DNA of 64,000 bases from Scyliorhinus canicula (lineage: Eukaryota): contig NC_052162.1 of assembly GCF_902713615.1 (NCBI RefSeq), positions 99,272,559 to 99,336,558 of the forward strand. Reading direction: 5' to 3'. This document shows, piece by piece, positions 1 to 12,595 of the stretch. Below the pieces are notes generated by a model. The model searched no databases. It saw nothing but the letters and a program-made list of their open reading frames with translations, and had not been told where the DNA came from. Position 1 is the first letter of the stretch, and every line of letters starts with the position of its first letter. A program made the position numbers and the translations under genes.

Positions 1-299
1 GAATTCCTTCTCTTGGTCATTAGGTTCCCCACACCACCTGGTTGAATGACCAAGCAAACTTCACCTCTGCTGGTGATGAATGGCTGGTCGGGTGAGACAG
101 GTGTGATGTTTGTAGCTGTGCTCCTCAGGCAGAGTCTTTGTGAAAGAGAATGGGATGATGGCAAGGGATTGTGCTGCTTGTCGCTGCTGCTGGGTGGATT
201 GGGTGGCAAGGAAGGATCAGGTCGGGTGGGCAGAGGGTGGGCTGCCTAGATTTCCCCGCAATGCTGCAATGTGTTCTGGTGAGGAAGTGATTGCCCTCC

Positions 300-680
300 C
301 ATGTCCTTCCTCATTTCCACATCCCGCTTATCTTATCCCCCCTTTTATAGATCTTGACTCTCTCCCTCATCTCTCTCTTCCTCGACATTCTCTCATCTTT
401 CTTCCTCGACCCGCTCTCTCATCTCTTCCTCGTCCCTCTACCTCATTTCTCTCCTTCACTGTCTTCAACGACCCTCTCCCTCATCTCTCTTCCTCGATCT
501 TCCCCCTCATCTCCCTTTCTCAATTCTCTTCTTTGACCCGCTCCCTCACTTTCTTCATCAACGCTCTCCCTCATCTCTTCCTCGATATCTCTCTCTCATC
601 TCTCTTCCTCGACCCTCTCCCTCCCCTGTCTCTCTGACTTTCTGTTCTCCTTTCTCCATCTTCCATTTTCTCCCCATCAG
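300..680. repeat. CT-rich degenerate minisatellite (ctctccctcatctctcttcctcgac-like units)
   Basis: Repeated pyrimidine-rich units. Confidence 0.8.
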
Positions 681-685
681 CCCTT

Positions 686-841
686 GGGCTGGATTCTCCA
701 CCCCGCCGCATTTCTGTTTCACCCCACCGGCGGGATGCTCCGTTACGCCGGCCGGTCAATGGGGTTTCCCATTGTGGGGCTGCCCCACGCCATCAGGAAA
801 GCCAGCAAAACGGAGAATCCCGCCGGCAGAGAATCCAGCCC
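686..841. mobile_element. PIF/Harbinger-like MITE
   Basis: TIRs gggctggattctc...gagaatccagccc, 3-bp TSD ctt on both sides. Confidence 0.75.
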
Positions 842-1796
842 CTTGCCTCCCACTTTCCTTCTTCCATTTACCTGTTTTCATTTCCCTTACTCTGTCCTTA
901 CCCTCACTCTCTTTCCACATTTCTCCTTTCCCAGTCACCCCACTACCTCTTTCCCATCTTCATCCCATGTACTCAGTGAAGTAAACAAAACAATGAAAAT
1001 GACAGAAGTCAAAGAGAGGATAAGATACATCCTGGGCTAAATTCTCCGGTCCTCCAGCCACGTATTTTTCAGCTGCGTGCCGTTCGCTACACTGATATTA
1101 AGGGCTCAACTAGATATTTTAAAAGTCTACAATTAACGATAGAATGACCGAACACTTGAAAAATGTTCAACTGATCGACATGGATTTCTAAAGTCCAGGT
1201 CATGGCTGACAGAGCTGATTGAATCTTTTGAAGAGGTGACTAAAATATTTACGCTGACTTCCAGAAGGTATTTGTTAAGTCCCTTGAAAAAGACTGTTAA
1301 TTGAAACTGAAGGTCATGGAATCGAAGGCGTTATTAACCTGGTGAATAAGTTTGCTGAATGGATGGAGCCAGATGTCGGGATAATAGGCTGGCTAATTTT
1401 TATTATTTTACCGGAATGTGGTCCTCAATAGCGAGGCCTGCATTTATTGCCCATCCCTAATTGCCCTCGAGAAACTGGTGGTGAGCTGCCTTCTTGTACC
1501 ACTGTGGTCCATCTGCCGTAGGTACACCCGCAGTGCTGTTAGGGAGGGAGTTCCGGGATTTGAAAAATGAAAATCGCTTATTGTCACAAGTAGGCTTCAA
1601 ATGAGGTTACTGTGAAAATCCCGAGTCGCCACATTCCGCCGCCTGTTCGGGGAGGCTGGGAATTGAACCATGCTGCTGGCCTGCCTCGGTATTCTTTAAA
1701 AGCCAGCTCTTTAGCTCTGTGGTAAATTTTGACCCAGTGACGGCGAAGGAACGGCCGATATATTTCCAAGTCAGAATGGGGAGTGACCTTCTAGAT

Positions 1797-2268
1797 CAGG
1801 GGTGGGCAAACTTTTCCGTGCAAGGGCCACGTTCAGAAATTCACAATTTTAAAGGGCCGCATAGTATATTAGGTAAAATAATTAATATTTAAAATAGCCA
1901 AAATAAAAGGTTTTTAAAGAAAAAAAAGCAATTAATTTTTATTAATTTTTTAAAGTAGAAACTTTACATGAAACACATTTATTTGAAAAACAAAGTAACT
2001 CAGTTTAAAGAAAAAAAGCAATTAATTTTTATTAATTAATATTTTAAAGTAGAAACTTCACATGAAACACATGTTGTGCCGAGCAATGATCACCCTACTG
2101 AAGTCAACGTATCCACCCTATACCAGTAACCTAACAACCCCCCCCCATTAACCTTAAAATTAAAAAAAAAAATTTATTTTTTATTTTTCATGACTTGATC
2201 TTGGTGGGCCGCATAAAGACCTTTGGCGGGCCGCATGCGGCCCATGGGCCATAGTTTGCCCACCCCTG
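1797..2268. mobile_element. Non-autonomous hAT element (MITE), copy 1
   Basis: TIRs caggggtgggcaaac...gtttgcccacccctg; 8-bp TSD ttctagat (1789-1796 and 2269-2276). Confidence 0.92.
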
Positions 2269-3116
2269 TTCTAGATGGTAGTGGTTGCAGCTTTGGAAGG
2301 TGCTGTCAAAGTCAGTGTGTTGGAGTACCCAAACAAAGCCACACTAAATGCTGCATATGCAGCATTATGAGCAGTGTAGATGGAAACATCAAATGACACA
2401 GAGATATCGATAGATTAAGTGAATGGGCAAAAGTGTGACAAATGGATTCCGATGTAAACAAATGTGAGGTCATCCACTTTAAAGCTGATATGGATACAGT
2501 AAGAAGTCTTACACCAGGTTAAAGTCCAACAGGTTTGGATATGGATAGAAGAGGGCACTTTCTAAATGGTGACAAGCTAGAAACAGTGGAGGTCGAAAGA
2601 GGCTTCGGGTTCAGATACACAGATCATCAAAAATGCCACGAATATGTACAAAAAATAATCAGAAAGACTTTTATCTTTAGGTTAGAAATTGTGTTTCAGT
2701 TGTACAAGGCATTGGTTAGACCACACCCGAGTACTGTGAGTAGCTCTGGGCACCAGTAAATAAAGAGGACTTTAGGCTGCTTTCCCTTTTGGGGGACAAG
2801 CTGACTGGTGTTGATTTAACCTGAGGATCACAAACCTCAGTAAAGGGGCATGGTTGAGAGGGCAGAGCCTTCATAAATAACCTCGGCCGGTAAGGGAACT
2901 GAACCCACGCTGTTAGCCTCGCTCTGCATCACAAACCAGTTGTCCAGCCCACTCTGGGCACTACTCCGAGGGAAGGATACAGGGTTTCAACATATCAAGG
3001 AGAGCAGGTTGGATAAAGAGATAGAAACTCTTTCTGCTGGTCGGAGAGTCGAAAATTAGAGCCAGTCTTTTCAGAATTAAAATTGGATATGCTTTTGTGT
3101 TAGTCAATAGACATTG

Positions 3117-3412
3117 ACGGCACGGTAGCACAGTGGTTAGCACTGTGGCTTCACAGCGCCAGGGTCCCAGGTTCGATTCCCGGCTTGCGTCGCTGTCTGT
3201 GCGGAGTCTGCGCGTTCTCCCCGTTTCTGCGTGGGTTTCCTCCGGGTGCTCCGGTTTCCTCCAAGTCCCGAAAGAAGTGCTGTTAGGTAATCTGGACATT
3301 CTGAATTCTCCCTCTGTGTACCCAAACAGGCGCCAGAGTGTGGCGACTTTCAGAGTAACTTCATTGCAATGTTAATATCAGCCTATTTGTTACAATAAAG
3401 ATTATTATTATT
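3117..3412 (+). mobile_element. tRNA-derived V-SINE (HE1-like) with the ...cacagtaacttcattgcagtgttaat...gattattatt-type tail; similar copies at 29751-30030 and 57890-58188
   Basis: Pol III A/B boxes (tggttagc...gttcgattcc) plus V-domain gggtttcctccgggtgctccggtttcctcc. Confidence 0.85.
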
Positions 3413-3441
3413 GAGGAATATGAGCCACAAGCAGAGATATG

Positions 3442-3806
3442 GAGCTGGATTCTCCACCGGCGGGATCCATCGTTTCGCCGGCACGCCGGCAGCGCACTCA
3501 CGCCCCCGGATTTCCTGATGGCATGGGGGTGCCCACAATGGGGAACCTCATTGACTGGCTGCCGGGACAGAGAATCCCGCTGCCAGCGGGGGCGTGCTGC
3601 ACCAGAAAACGGGTGCGGCAGGACGGGATTCTCCAGTCCGCCAGCCGTGTTTTCCGGTGTGGCGCGCTCCTGCCAGCAGCGGGATTCATCATTCTTGCAA
3701 CCGGCCAATGGGGTTTCCCATTGTGGCAACCCCACGCTGCTGGAAGCCTGCGGGCCTGAGTGCGCTGCCGGCGAAACAATGGATCCCGCCGACGGAGAAT
3801 TCCACT
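3442..3806. mobile_element. Palindromic head-to-head MITE dimer related to the 686-841 element
   Basis: The two halves are imperfect reverse complements about a centre near 3622; ggattctcc/ggagaat termini. Confidence 0.7.
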
Positions 3807-4396
3807 GATGAAGTCAGACCGCAGATCAGCCGCTGAATGGCAGAACATCTCCTCCTCTTCCTATATTCCTCTATTTTAAAAATTTAGTTTTTTAATTCTT
3901 CCGATTAAAGGGAAATTTAGCATGGCCTATCCACCCACCCTGCACATCTTTTGGGTTGTGGGGGTGAGACCCACGCAGACACAGGAGGATGGGCAAACTC
4001 CATGCAGACTGTGACCCGGCGCCAGGATCGAACCCGGGTCCTCGGCACCATGAGGCAGCAGTGCTAACCACTGCGCCGCCATGCTGCCTTCTACATTCCA
4101 ACAGTGCCCAACGACTCAGGTACATGGCCTTAAGTGTGTTGTTAAGATGCAAAGCTAAGGTAGGTGTTTCAGAGACTGACAGGCCAGCAAGCTTTTCTCT
4201 GGTCTTTTCTTTTAAGTATAAGACATAGAATTTACAGTGCAGAAGGAGGCCATTCGGCCCATCGAGTCTGCACTGGCTCTTGGAAAGAGCACCCTACCCA
4301 AGCCCCTACCTCCACCCTATCCCCATAACCCAGAAACCCCACCTAACACTAAGGGGCAATTTGTCTAATTTTTCTCTCTTTATTAATCTTTTAGTT

Positions 4397-4755
4397 ATCA
4401 TAGATTATCATAGAATTTACAGTGCAGAAGGAGGCCATTCGGCCCATCGAGTCTGCACCGGCTCTTGTAAAGAGCACCTTACCCAAGGTCAACACCTCCA
4501 CCCTATCCCCATAACCCAGTAACCCCACCCAACACTAAGGGCAATTCTGGACACTAAGGGCAATTTATCATGGCCAATCCACATAACCTGCACATCTTTG
4601 GACTGTGGGAGGAAACCGGAGCATCCGGAGGAAACCCGCGCAGACGGGGGAGAACGTGCAGACTCCACACAGACAGTGACCCAGCGGGGAATCGAACCTG
4701 GGACCCTGGCGCTGTGAAGCATTTGTGCTATCCACAATGCTACCGTGCTGCCCCT
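4397..4755 (-). mobile_element. V-SINE (HE1-like); related minus-strand copies at 3880-4090, 8463-8810, 22370-22585, 25100-25443, 31880-32165, 55414-55730
   Basis: Reverse-complement tRNA head, V-domain and CR1-like tail. Confidence 0.85.
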
Positions 4756-5458
4756 ATATGGGGTGAATTGTTGAAGTACGCAATCCCTTCACATTATCCT
4801 GTGTCACCCCTGGTGTTAACTATGTGCAGCAACCTTTGTGTTGCAGCCATGCAGCTCAGAGTCATGAAACGTTAACTCTGTTTCTCTCACCACCATTGCT
4901 GCCAGACAGGCTGAGTTTTTCCAGAACTTTCTGTTTAATTTCAGATCTCCAGCATCTGCAGTATTTTGCTTCTGTCTCAGCTGAGAGGGAACTTTGTGGA
5001 CCAGGCCCACCCTGCCAGACCCACTTTTCCTTCACCCTTCAGGCTCACCCTTCCAGGACCAACTTTCCTTCACTAGAGATTCACGCAAACAACAGGAGTT
5101 CACCTTGTGCCTCTGTCCCACACAGGGGGTGGAACCTTACAGGTTGCTCAGCCGTGGGAACAGTGGCAAACATCATTTGCGGAGAGGCCAAAAATAAATT
5201 TCCTGATGGCGAGATAAGCTATTGGAATTCTGTTCTGAGGAGCTTCAAGGCGGGTCAAAGGCAGGTCAAGTTTCTCAATGGGCCTGTCGGGGCCCTATGA
5301 CTCATGCACGGCCACTACAAGGCCACCTCGCTGGAATTAAATTTGCACTCCAAATTAAGTTTCCTGCCAGCGAGAATTTAGAATGCTCAATTTTACAACT
5401 GGATATAAGTGGCATGCACCTGACTTCACTCCTTCCATGAATTTGAGGACATTAGAGG

Positions 5459-5760
5459 GTGGGACCAGTGGGGGTGGAGCGGAGGCAGGACAGCGGGGGA
5501 GTGGGGGGGGGGGCAGTGGAACTAATGGGGGTAGAACGGAGGCAGGACAGCTGGGAAGTTGGGGAGGGGACGGTGGGACCAATGGGAGTAGAACGGAGGC
5601 AGGACAGCTGGGAAGTTGGGGAGGGGACGGTGGGACCAATGGGGGTAGAACGGAGGCAGGACAGCTGGGGACGGAACAGTGGGGGTAGAGCGGAGGCAGG
5701 ACAGGGGAGATTGGGGTGTAGAAGCAGTGGGGGTGGAATGGAGGCAGGGCAGGGGAGGGC
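5459..5760. repeat. G-rich minisatellite, about 57-60-nt unit
   Basis: Repeated ggggtagaacggaggcaggacagctgggaagttggggagggg. Confidence 0.85.
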
Positions 5761-5799
5761 GAGAGACTGGCCTGGCAAAGAAGGCAAATGTTCCGGGCA

Positions 5800-8700
5800 T
5801 GTTCTAAGGATAAGCATGTTACCGATGCAATGGCTGTGAGAATAACTAAGGAAAGATATATTTGCATTGGAACTGTTCGATAACAATTCACTCGATTGAT
5901 CCATAGGTTATCCTATGAGAGGCTGAGTACATTAGGCCGATAGTCTCTGAGGATTAGAAGAATGAGAGGTAACCTCACTGAAACATAAAAAATTGTAAAG
6001 GTGTTTGACAAGGCAGATACCAAGAGATTATTTCCCCTGGCTTGTGAATCTAAAACATGGGGGCACAGCCTCAGGATAAGGGACAGATCATTTTGGAGTG
6101 AGGTAATGTCTTCACTCAGAGTTTTGTGGATCTTTGGAATTCTCTACCCCAGAGGTTTGTTAATACACCATCTTTGAATATATTTAAGGATGAGATGGAT
6201 ACAGTTTAGATCTCTCAGGGAATCAAGGGATACAGAGAGTGGGCAGGATAGTGAAATTGAGGTAAAGGTCAACTATACTCATACTGAACGGTGAAGCAGA
6301 TTCGAGAGACCGTCTGATCTACTCCTGGTCCTATTTCTTATGTGAAATTTGATGTGCTTTCAAATGATGTTAAAAAGGGAAGCATGTAGTTGAGAAGTAG
6401 GAAATGACCAAGGATTAATTCATGTGGGACAGGGACGAGCAGCCATTGTCGAAGCATGTCTGTCTACAACAGCACAGATAAGAGTGATTGTAGTCCCATC
6501 AGGAGTCCCATCAGGATGGAGGTGTTGGAGGAGGTTGATATGTTCATCACTGATTTTGGTAAGGGTCATTTCAGTGCTGAGGCAGAAACAGAAACCCGTA
6601 TGGAAAGACTGAAGCATGGAGTTCTGTGAAAATTGGACATGGATTTAGGAGGTGGAAATCCGGTCAAGGACTTTGAAGAGGAAAGGAAGGTTGGAGATTG
6701 TGTATTAGTTTGCAAGCTCAAGGGTGTCAAGAGTAGTTTTTTGGAGGGCTAATAATTGCAGTTTGAAAATGAGAGGGACAAGAGGGAAACATTATAAGGG
6801 CCAGAAATGGAAGTTCAATGGTCATACGTTTGGTGGCAGAAGGGTCGAGAGTGCAAGATTTTGTATTAGCACAATAGAAAGGAATGAGCTAGGATCAGGA
6901 AAACAGAATGGTAGAGATGAGAAACGGTAAAATCAAGAAGTCACTTTTGGGAGTCATGTACAGGCCCCCTAATGATAACCACATGGTAGGGTGGAGTACA
7001 AAGGAAGAAATAATAGAAGCTTATCAGAAAGGCACGGCGATAATCATGGAAGATTTAACTCTACATGTAGGTTAGAGAAGCCAGATGGGCAAAAATAGCC
7101 TAGATGAGGAATGTTTCCGGATTAGTTTATTAGTACACCAAGTTCTGGAGCCAACTAGAGAGCGGGCTATGCTAGACCTGGTATTGAGCAATGATTTGGG
7201 ATTAATCACTTATCTCATAGTGAAGCCACCCGAGGTAGCAGCGACCATAATATGATTGAATTTTACATTCAGTTTGAGGGAGAGAGGAGTGGGTCTGAAA
7301 CTATGTTTTTAAACTAAAATAAAGGCAAATGAAGGTATGAAAGCCGAGCTGGCCAAAGTGAATTGGCAAATTAGGTTAAGGGTTGGCTCAATAGAGATGC
7401 CGTGGAAAACATTTACAATGAGATTTCAGAATAACTAGGATACATTCCAAGGAGTAAGAAAAGGTCTAAGGGATGGACACAGCATCCATGGGTAACTAGA
7501 AAGGTTAACGACAGTATCAAACTTAAAGAAAAAGCATAATTGTGTAAAGGCAGGTATCAGATTGGACAGAATATAAGGAACAGCAAAGGATGACTAAAAG
7601 ATTAATAAAGAGAGAAAAATTAGATATCAGAGAAAGCTAGTCAGAAATATAAAACAGATGGAAAGAGTTTTTATAAATGTTTTAAAAAGAAAAGTGAGCA
7701 TTGGTCCTATAGAAAGTCAGTCTGGAGACTCGTTAATGGGAAAAAGGAAATGGCTGATGAATGGAACCGGTATTTTGCATCAGTCTTCACTGGAGAACAA
7801 AGAACAATACAGCACAGGAACAGACCCTTCGTCCCCCACCGCCTCACCACGCTTGCAGCGACCATGGTACCTGCCTAAACTGCGTATGCACTTATGGAGT
7901 CCGTATCCTTCATTCCCACCCTATTCATATATTTATACGTGTAACATCCCAGAAGCAGCTATAAACCAGGAAATGGAAGGAGGGAGGAACTCAGGAAAAT
8001 TACAATCACCAGAGAAGTTGCACTGAGTAAATTGTTGGAGCTGCGGACCAACAAGAGCCTGGTTCCTGATGAACTTCATCCTAGGAGGGGCTAGTGAAAT
8101 AATTTTCCAAAACTCCCTAGATTCAAGGAAGATCTCATTAGATTGGAATATAGCAAATGTAACTCCTTAATTCAAAACGGGAGGGCGACAGAAAGTGGAA
8201 ACTGTCATGATGTACATCTATGTATATAATGGAATGCAGACAGGCAGTGATTGACACACAGGGTGACCAGTAAGCACACAGAAGAATAGCCAATCCACAG
8301 ACAGGACACTGCCACTATAAAGCCAGAGGGCACTAGGTTTCCCACTCTCTCTGGACCTAGCCACTGAGACAGTCAGAGTTCGTGAGGTAGCCAGTGCAAA
8401 CACCATGCGGTAGCTAGTAAGTCTTAGCTTAACATCTGTTGTAGGGATTAGAAGCTATTAAATCATAGAATTATCACAGAATTTACAGTGCAGAAGGAGG
8501 CCATTTGGCCCATCGAGTCTGCACCGGCTCTTGGAAAGAGCACACTACCCAAGGTCAACACCTCCACCCTATCCCCACAACCCAACCCAACACTAAGGGC
8601 AAGTTTTAGACACTATGGGCAATTTATCATAGCCAATCCACCTACCCTGCACATCTTTGGACTGTGGGAGGAAACCGGAGCACCCGGAGGAAACCCACGC

Positions 8701-9170
8701 ACACATGAGGAGGATGTGCAGACTCCGCACAGACAGTAACCCAAGCCGGAATCGAAACTGGGACCCTGGAGCTGCGAAGCATTTGTGCTATCCACAATGC
8801 TACCGTGCTGTTGTAGCAGGGCATTTGGATAAGCGCAAGGTAATCAGGCAGAGTCAACATGAAAATTAAATGAAAATGAAAATCGCTTATTGTCACAAGG
8901 CTTCAAATGAAGTTTCTGTGAAAAGCCCCGAGTCGCCACATTCCGGCGGCTGTTCGGGATTTTACATGGTTTCGTCAAAGGAAAATCATGTTTAACCAAC
9001 TTCGACGTTCTTTAAGGAAGTACTGTGCTGTGGATAAAGGGGAACTGGTTGATGTGCTGTAATTCAGATTTCCAGAAAGTATTTGATAAAAATGGCACAT
9101 CAAAGGTTATTGCTGAAAATAAAAGCTCATGGTAAAGGTGGTAACATATTGGCATGGATGGTAGACTCTG
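5800..9170 (+). mobile_element. Cluster of decayed CR1 LINE fragments with nested LTR and SINE insertions
   Basis: CR1 ORF2-like nucleotide motifs with many stops; interrupted at 8204, 8463 and 8860. Confidence 0.7.
8204..8425 (+). mobile_element. Partial LTR (TG start, CCAAT and TATA boxes) inserted in CR1
   Basis: Starts tgtcatg; agccaatc at about 8288; ctataaa at about 8314. Confidence 0.5.
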
Positions 9171-9826
9171 GGCCTAAGGTGAGTTGCATTGAACGAGATG
9201 AACGCAGCTGAGGCAGTTGATCAAATGGTCTCAATCTTTGTGACAAATAAGTTCATGAGTTCCTCACACCGGCAACTGAAGATGAGGGTGGAGGAGATAG
9301 GGGGAGGGATGTTTAAATAGATATTTGTTGGAAAGAGTATCCAGGGTTATCTTTTCATTCCATTGACAGATGAGAGCAGAACCCCAGAACCGCTCCAGCC
9401 AGATCTGGTTGTGAATGGTTAAATTAGTTGCCCACCTTCAATGTTCAAGTGAATATTCATTCGACTTAAGTGAGCTGTACCTGCAGATTGACCATTGTGA
9501 ACTTAACTAATGGCTTTAAAGAAGATGAGGGGGGGGGGGGGGGGGGGGGGGGCGATATAACCTAGGATCAGATAACTCTGCAGAGGCTGGGCATAGAGCC
9601 AGAGGCCTTCACTGGCCCTGATGGGAGTTTGCAAAGCAGTCATTCCTGGGGTGGGAGCATTAATGACAATTATTTCCCACCCCTGTTACTACACCTTGCT
9701 TGACTGTGATCAGGAGGCTGTGTGGTTGCTGTCTGATTACCACGAATTCCACTGAATAATGCTGGATTATTTACTGAGCGGATTTGGTGTTTCTGACTAA
9801 CTCTTTCACTTTGTTCTCTGTTGCAG

Positions 9827-9907
9827 AAAGCAGAGAATCGCCCGTCTTTCAACTTGCTGCTGAGCAATATCCAGGAGCTGGTGGAAGATGATAGCCAGGG
9901 GATGTGA
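9827..9907 (+). CDS. BTK: Bruton tyrosine kinase, final coding exon (KAENRPSFNLLLSNIQELVEDDSQGM*); upstream exons lie outside the window
   Basis: Polypyrimidine tract and ttgcag acceptor ending at 9826; phase-0 translation resembles the human BTK C-terminus [23 protein letters not shown], with an exon boundary at the same K as recalled; AATAAA at 10003 and 10102; directly upstream of TIMM8A on the same strand, as at human Xq22. Confidence 0.88.
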   Translation, partial: KAENRPSFNLLLSNIQELVEDDSQGM

Positions 9908-10002
9908 GGGGACTCTCCGCCGTCTAAGCCAGAACTTCTACGGCACATTCCCTCTTAGCCAATGCGACGTGTGTTTAGCCCTTTGCAATCTTCCTGCACA
10001 GT

Positions 10003-10008
10003 AATAAA
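10003..10008 (+). terminator. Candidate BTK polyadenylation signal (alternative AATAAA at 10102-10107)
   Basis: AATAAA about 95 nt after the stop codon. Confidence 0.55.
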
Positions 10009-10742
10009 ACAGCAATGTGTAAACCTTTTAAAACTGGACCCTATCCACACATACACTTACATAGCCCAAGCACACATATACATGCACACTGACATAGACA
10101 GAATAAAATAAATCTTTGATTCTATCTTATTTAAAACAGTGAACAGTGTGTTATTTGTGTGTAAGCACCAGTATGACTGAAACAAGCAAAGCAATGAAGA
10201 CCGAAACCAGATACTTGAAGTGTCATGATCCAGAATTTTGGAGGGCAGGGTGATCAGGAACTCTTGGGAGAGGGATTCAGCACTCTGACCGAGGAAATGA
10301 GAGACTCTGGGGAATCTGGAAGGATGTGCAATGGAATTCCGGAACACCAGTTGGAACCAGGACAACAAAGTAATCTGGGAGGTCAAATGATCTGGAATTC
10401 CAGACGAAATCCAGAATCACCAGGAATCTTTTGGTTCTAAACACCATAAAGAGCCTGCACATTGTGGGATGTTCCAAATAGATTGTAAGTCCTGGGATGT
10501 CTTGAAACAGACTGTTTGAGTTCTGGGTCACTCTGATTTGATTTGGTTTATTCTTGGCACATGTATTAGTATACAGTGAAAAGTATTGTTTCTTCCATGT
10601 TATTCAGACAATGCATACCGGACAGACTGCAGAATGTAATGTTACATTCATAGCTAGTGTGCAGAGAAAAGATCAACTTAATAAGAGGTTTGTCGATTCA
10701 AAAGTCTGATAGCAGCATGGAAGAAGCTGTTCTTGAATCGAT

Positions 10743-11114
10743 TAGAACATAGAACAGTACAGCGAAGAACAGGCCCTTCGGCCCTCGATGTTGTGCCGAG
10801 CAATGATCACCCTACTCAAACCCACGTATTCACCCTATACCCGTAACCCAACAACCCCCCCCCCCCCCCCCCCCGCCCGCCCCTGCCCCGCTTAACCTTA
10901 CTTTTTAGGACACTACGGGCAATTTAGCATGGCCAATCCACCTAACCCGCACATCTTTGGACTGTGGGAGGAAACCGGAGCACCCGGAGGAAACCCACGC
11001 ACACACGGGGAGGACGTGCAGACTCCGCACAGACAGTGACCCAGCCGGGAATCGAACCTGGGACCCTGGAGCTGTGAAGCATTTATGCTAACCACCATGC
11101 TACCGTGCTGCCCC
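10743..11114 (-). mobile_element. Young full-length V-SINE; near-identical copies at 18110-18457 (+), 22737-23075 (-), 26563-26905 (-)
   Basis: tRNA head, V-domain and CR1-type tail gggccgaagggcctgttc...ttctatgttcta; copies give near-identical conceptual translations. Confidence 0.9.
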
Positions 11115-11511
11115 TTGGTACGTGACCTCAAACTTTGGTATCTTTTTCCTGACGGAAGACGGTGGGAGTATGTCCGGGGTGCGTGGGGTCTTTAATTATG
11201 CTGACTACCTTTCCGAGGCAGCGGGAAATGTAGACAGAGTCAATGGACGGGAGGCTGGTTTGCGTGATCGACTGGGCAACATTCACCTTTTGTAGATTCT
11301 TGCGGTCTTGGGCAGCAAGTATTCTACACATTGTTCTGTATGTGTGTGTGTGTATCTGTAGGGGGAGCCAGGATAGTGGAATTCTGGGTGGATACACACT
11401 ACTTCTTCAGTTCTCTATCCGAAAGGAGTCGGACCTGCAACATTCACCATGGAGTAGGGCAATGAGGCAGGTCCTGAATCCATCCCGAGCGACTGGGACT
11501 GGGGACCAGGA

Positions 11512-12017
11512 CGGGCAGCACGGTAGCACAGTGAATATCATTGTGGCTTCACAGCGCCGGGGTCCAAGGTTCGATTCTCTGCTGGGTCACTATCTGCAGA
11601 GTCTGCACGTTCTCCCCGTGTCTGCGTGGGTTTCCTCCGGGTGCTCTGGTTTCCTCCCACAGTCCAACTATGCGCAGGTTAGGTGGTTTGGCCATGCTAA
11701 ATTGCCCTTAGTGTCCAAACAAATGTTAGGAGGGAGGGGTTGGTTTAGCTCACTCAGCTAAATTGCTGGCTTTTAAAGCAGACCAAGCAGGCCAGCAGCA
11801 CGGTTCTCGTACCAGCCTCCCTGGACAGGCGCCGGAATGTGGCGACTAGGGGCTTTTCACAGTAACTTCATTGAAGCCTACTCGTGACAATAAGCGATTT
11901 TCATTCATTTCATTTTTCATTATTGGGTTACCGGGATAGGGTGGAAGTGAGGGCTTAAGTGGGTCGGTGCAGACTCGATGGGCCAAATGGCCTCCTTCTG
12001 CACTGTATGTTCTGTGA
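11512..12017 (+). mobile_element. V-SINE interrupted by a short SINE (about 11737-11920); other + V-SINE copies at 12705-12985, 27153-27480, 47799-48240, 57527-57750
   Basis: Host SINE resumes at ttattgggttacc after the inserted element. Confidence 0.85.
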
Positions 12018-12229
12018 TTAAACTCCGCTCTGGGCATCACTCTGATTCCACCGCACTGCCTCTCCCCTCAGAAGCAGTCCCAGTTGCTGCGCAAACACCA
12101 CATTTCCCAATATGTTGTATCTGGAGTTCCTGATGGTGAAGGCTCGAATCCCCTCAGGAATCTCTCCCACTGTGCCCTGCTGCCGTTTAGATGTTGGGCG
12201 GAGAGGAGGGGTAGATTTACAGTTTAACA

Positions 12230-12520
12230 CTCCGCCTGTTTGGCCGGGAGAAGGGGGGCTCCAGAGCGGCGCCCGGCACTTCGGGTTCAGCACGTGTTTG
12301 CTGGAGGCTGCCATGTTGGGGTGAGTGGGCGGGGCCATGGTCTTTCCGCTTCCGGGTTGTGGGGCCCGGACGTGTGAAGGTCACAGGGAGAGCGGGAGCG
12401 GGACACAGAGAAACCCCCACCGGGAGAGAGCGAGTTCCCCGTCCACTCCCCGGACACGGATCCCCCAATACCCGGGGCATGGAGTCCCAGGCTCAGGCTC
12501 TGTCCGCGGATCCTCATTTG
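12230..12520 (+). promoter_or_regulatory. CpG-rich TIMM8A promoter/5' UTR
   Basis: Local CpG enrichment, GC box gggcgggg at about 12327, ETS-like ttccgcttccggg at about 12344, immediately 5' of the ATG. Confidence 0.6.
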
Positions 12521-12595
12521 CAACAATTCATTGAGGTGGAGAGTCAGAAGCAGAAATTCCAACAGCTGGTTCATGGCCTGACTGAGCTTTGCTGG
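12479..12595 (+). CDS. TIMM8A: TIMM8A exon 1 ([39 protein letters not shown])
   Basis: ATG at 12479, phase-0 donor TGG|gtaagc at 12595/12596; matches the small-Tim (Tim8/DDP1) N-terminal helix. Confidence 0.95.

Noticed and set aside
140-637. 165-aa Leu/Ser/Pro-rich ORF
   Set aside because: Low-complexity CT repeat within the presumed last BTK intron
1-9826. Additional BTK kinase-domain exons
   Set aside because: No segment translating to the expected penultimate exon (MWE..S.GK.PY...SCW) was found; the region is repeat-filled intron
10913-11131. Recurrent small Cys-rich ORF (GHCLCGVCTSSPCVRGFPPGAPV) in many copies
   Set aside because: Conceptual translation of the V-SINE, not a gene family
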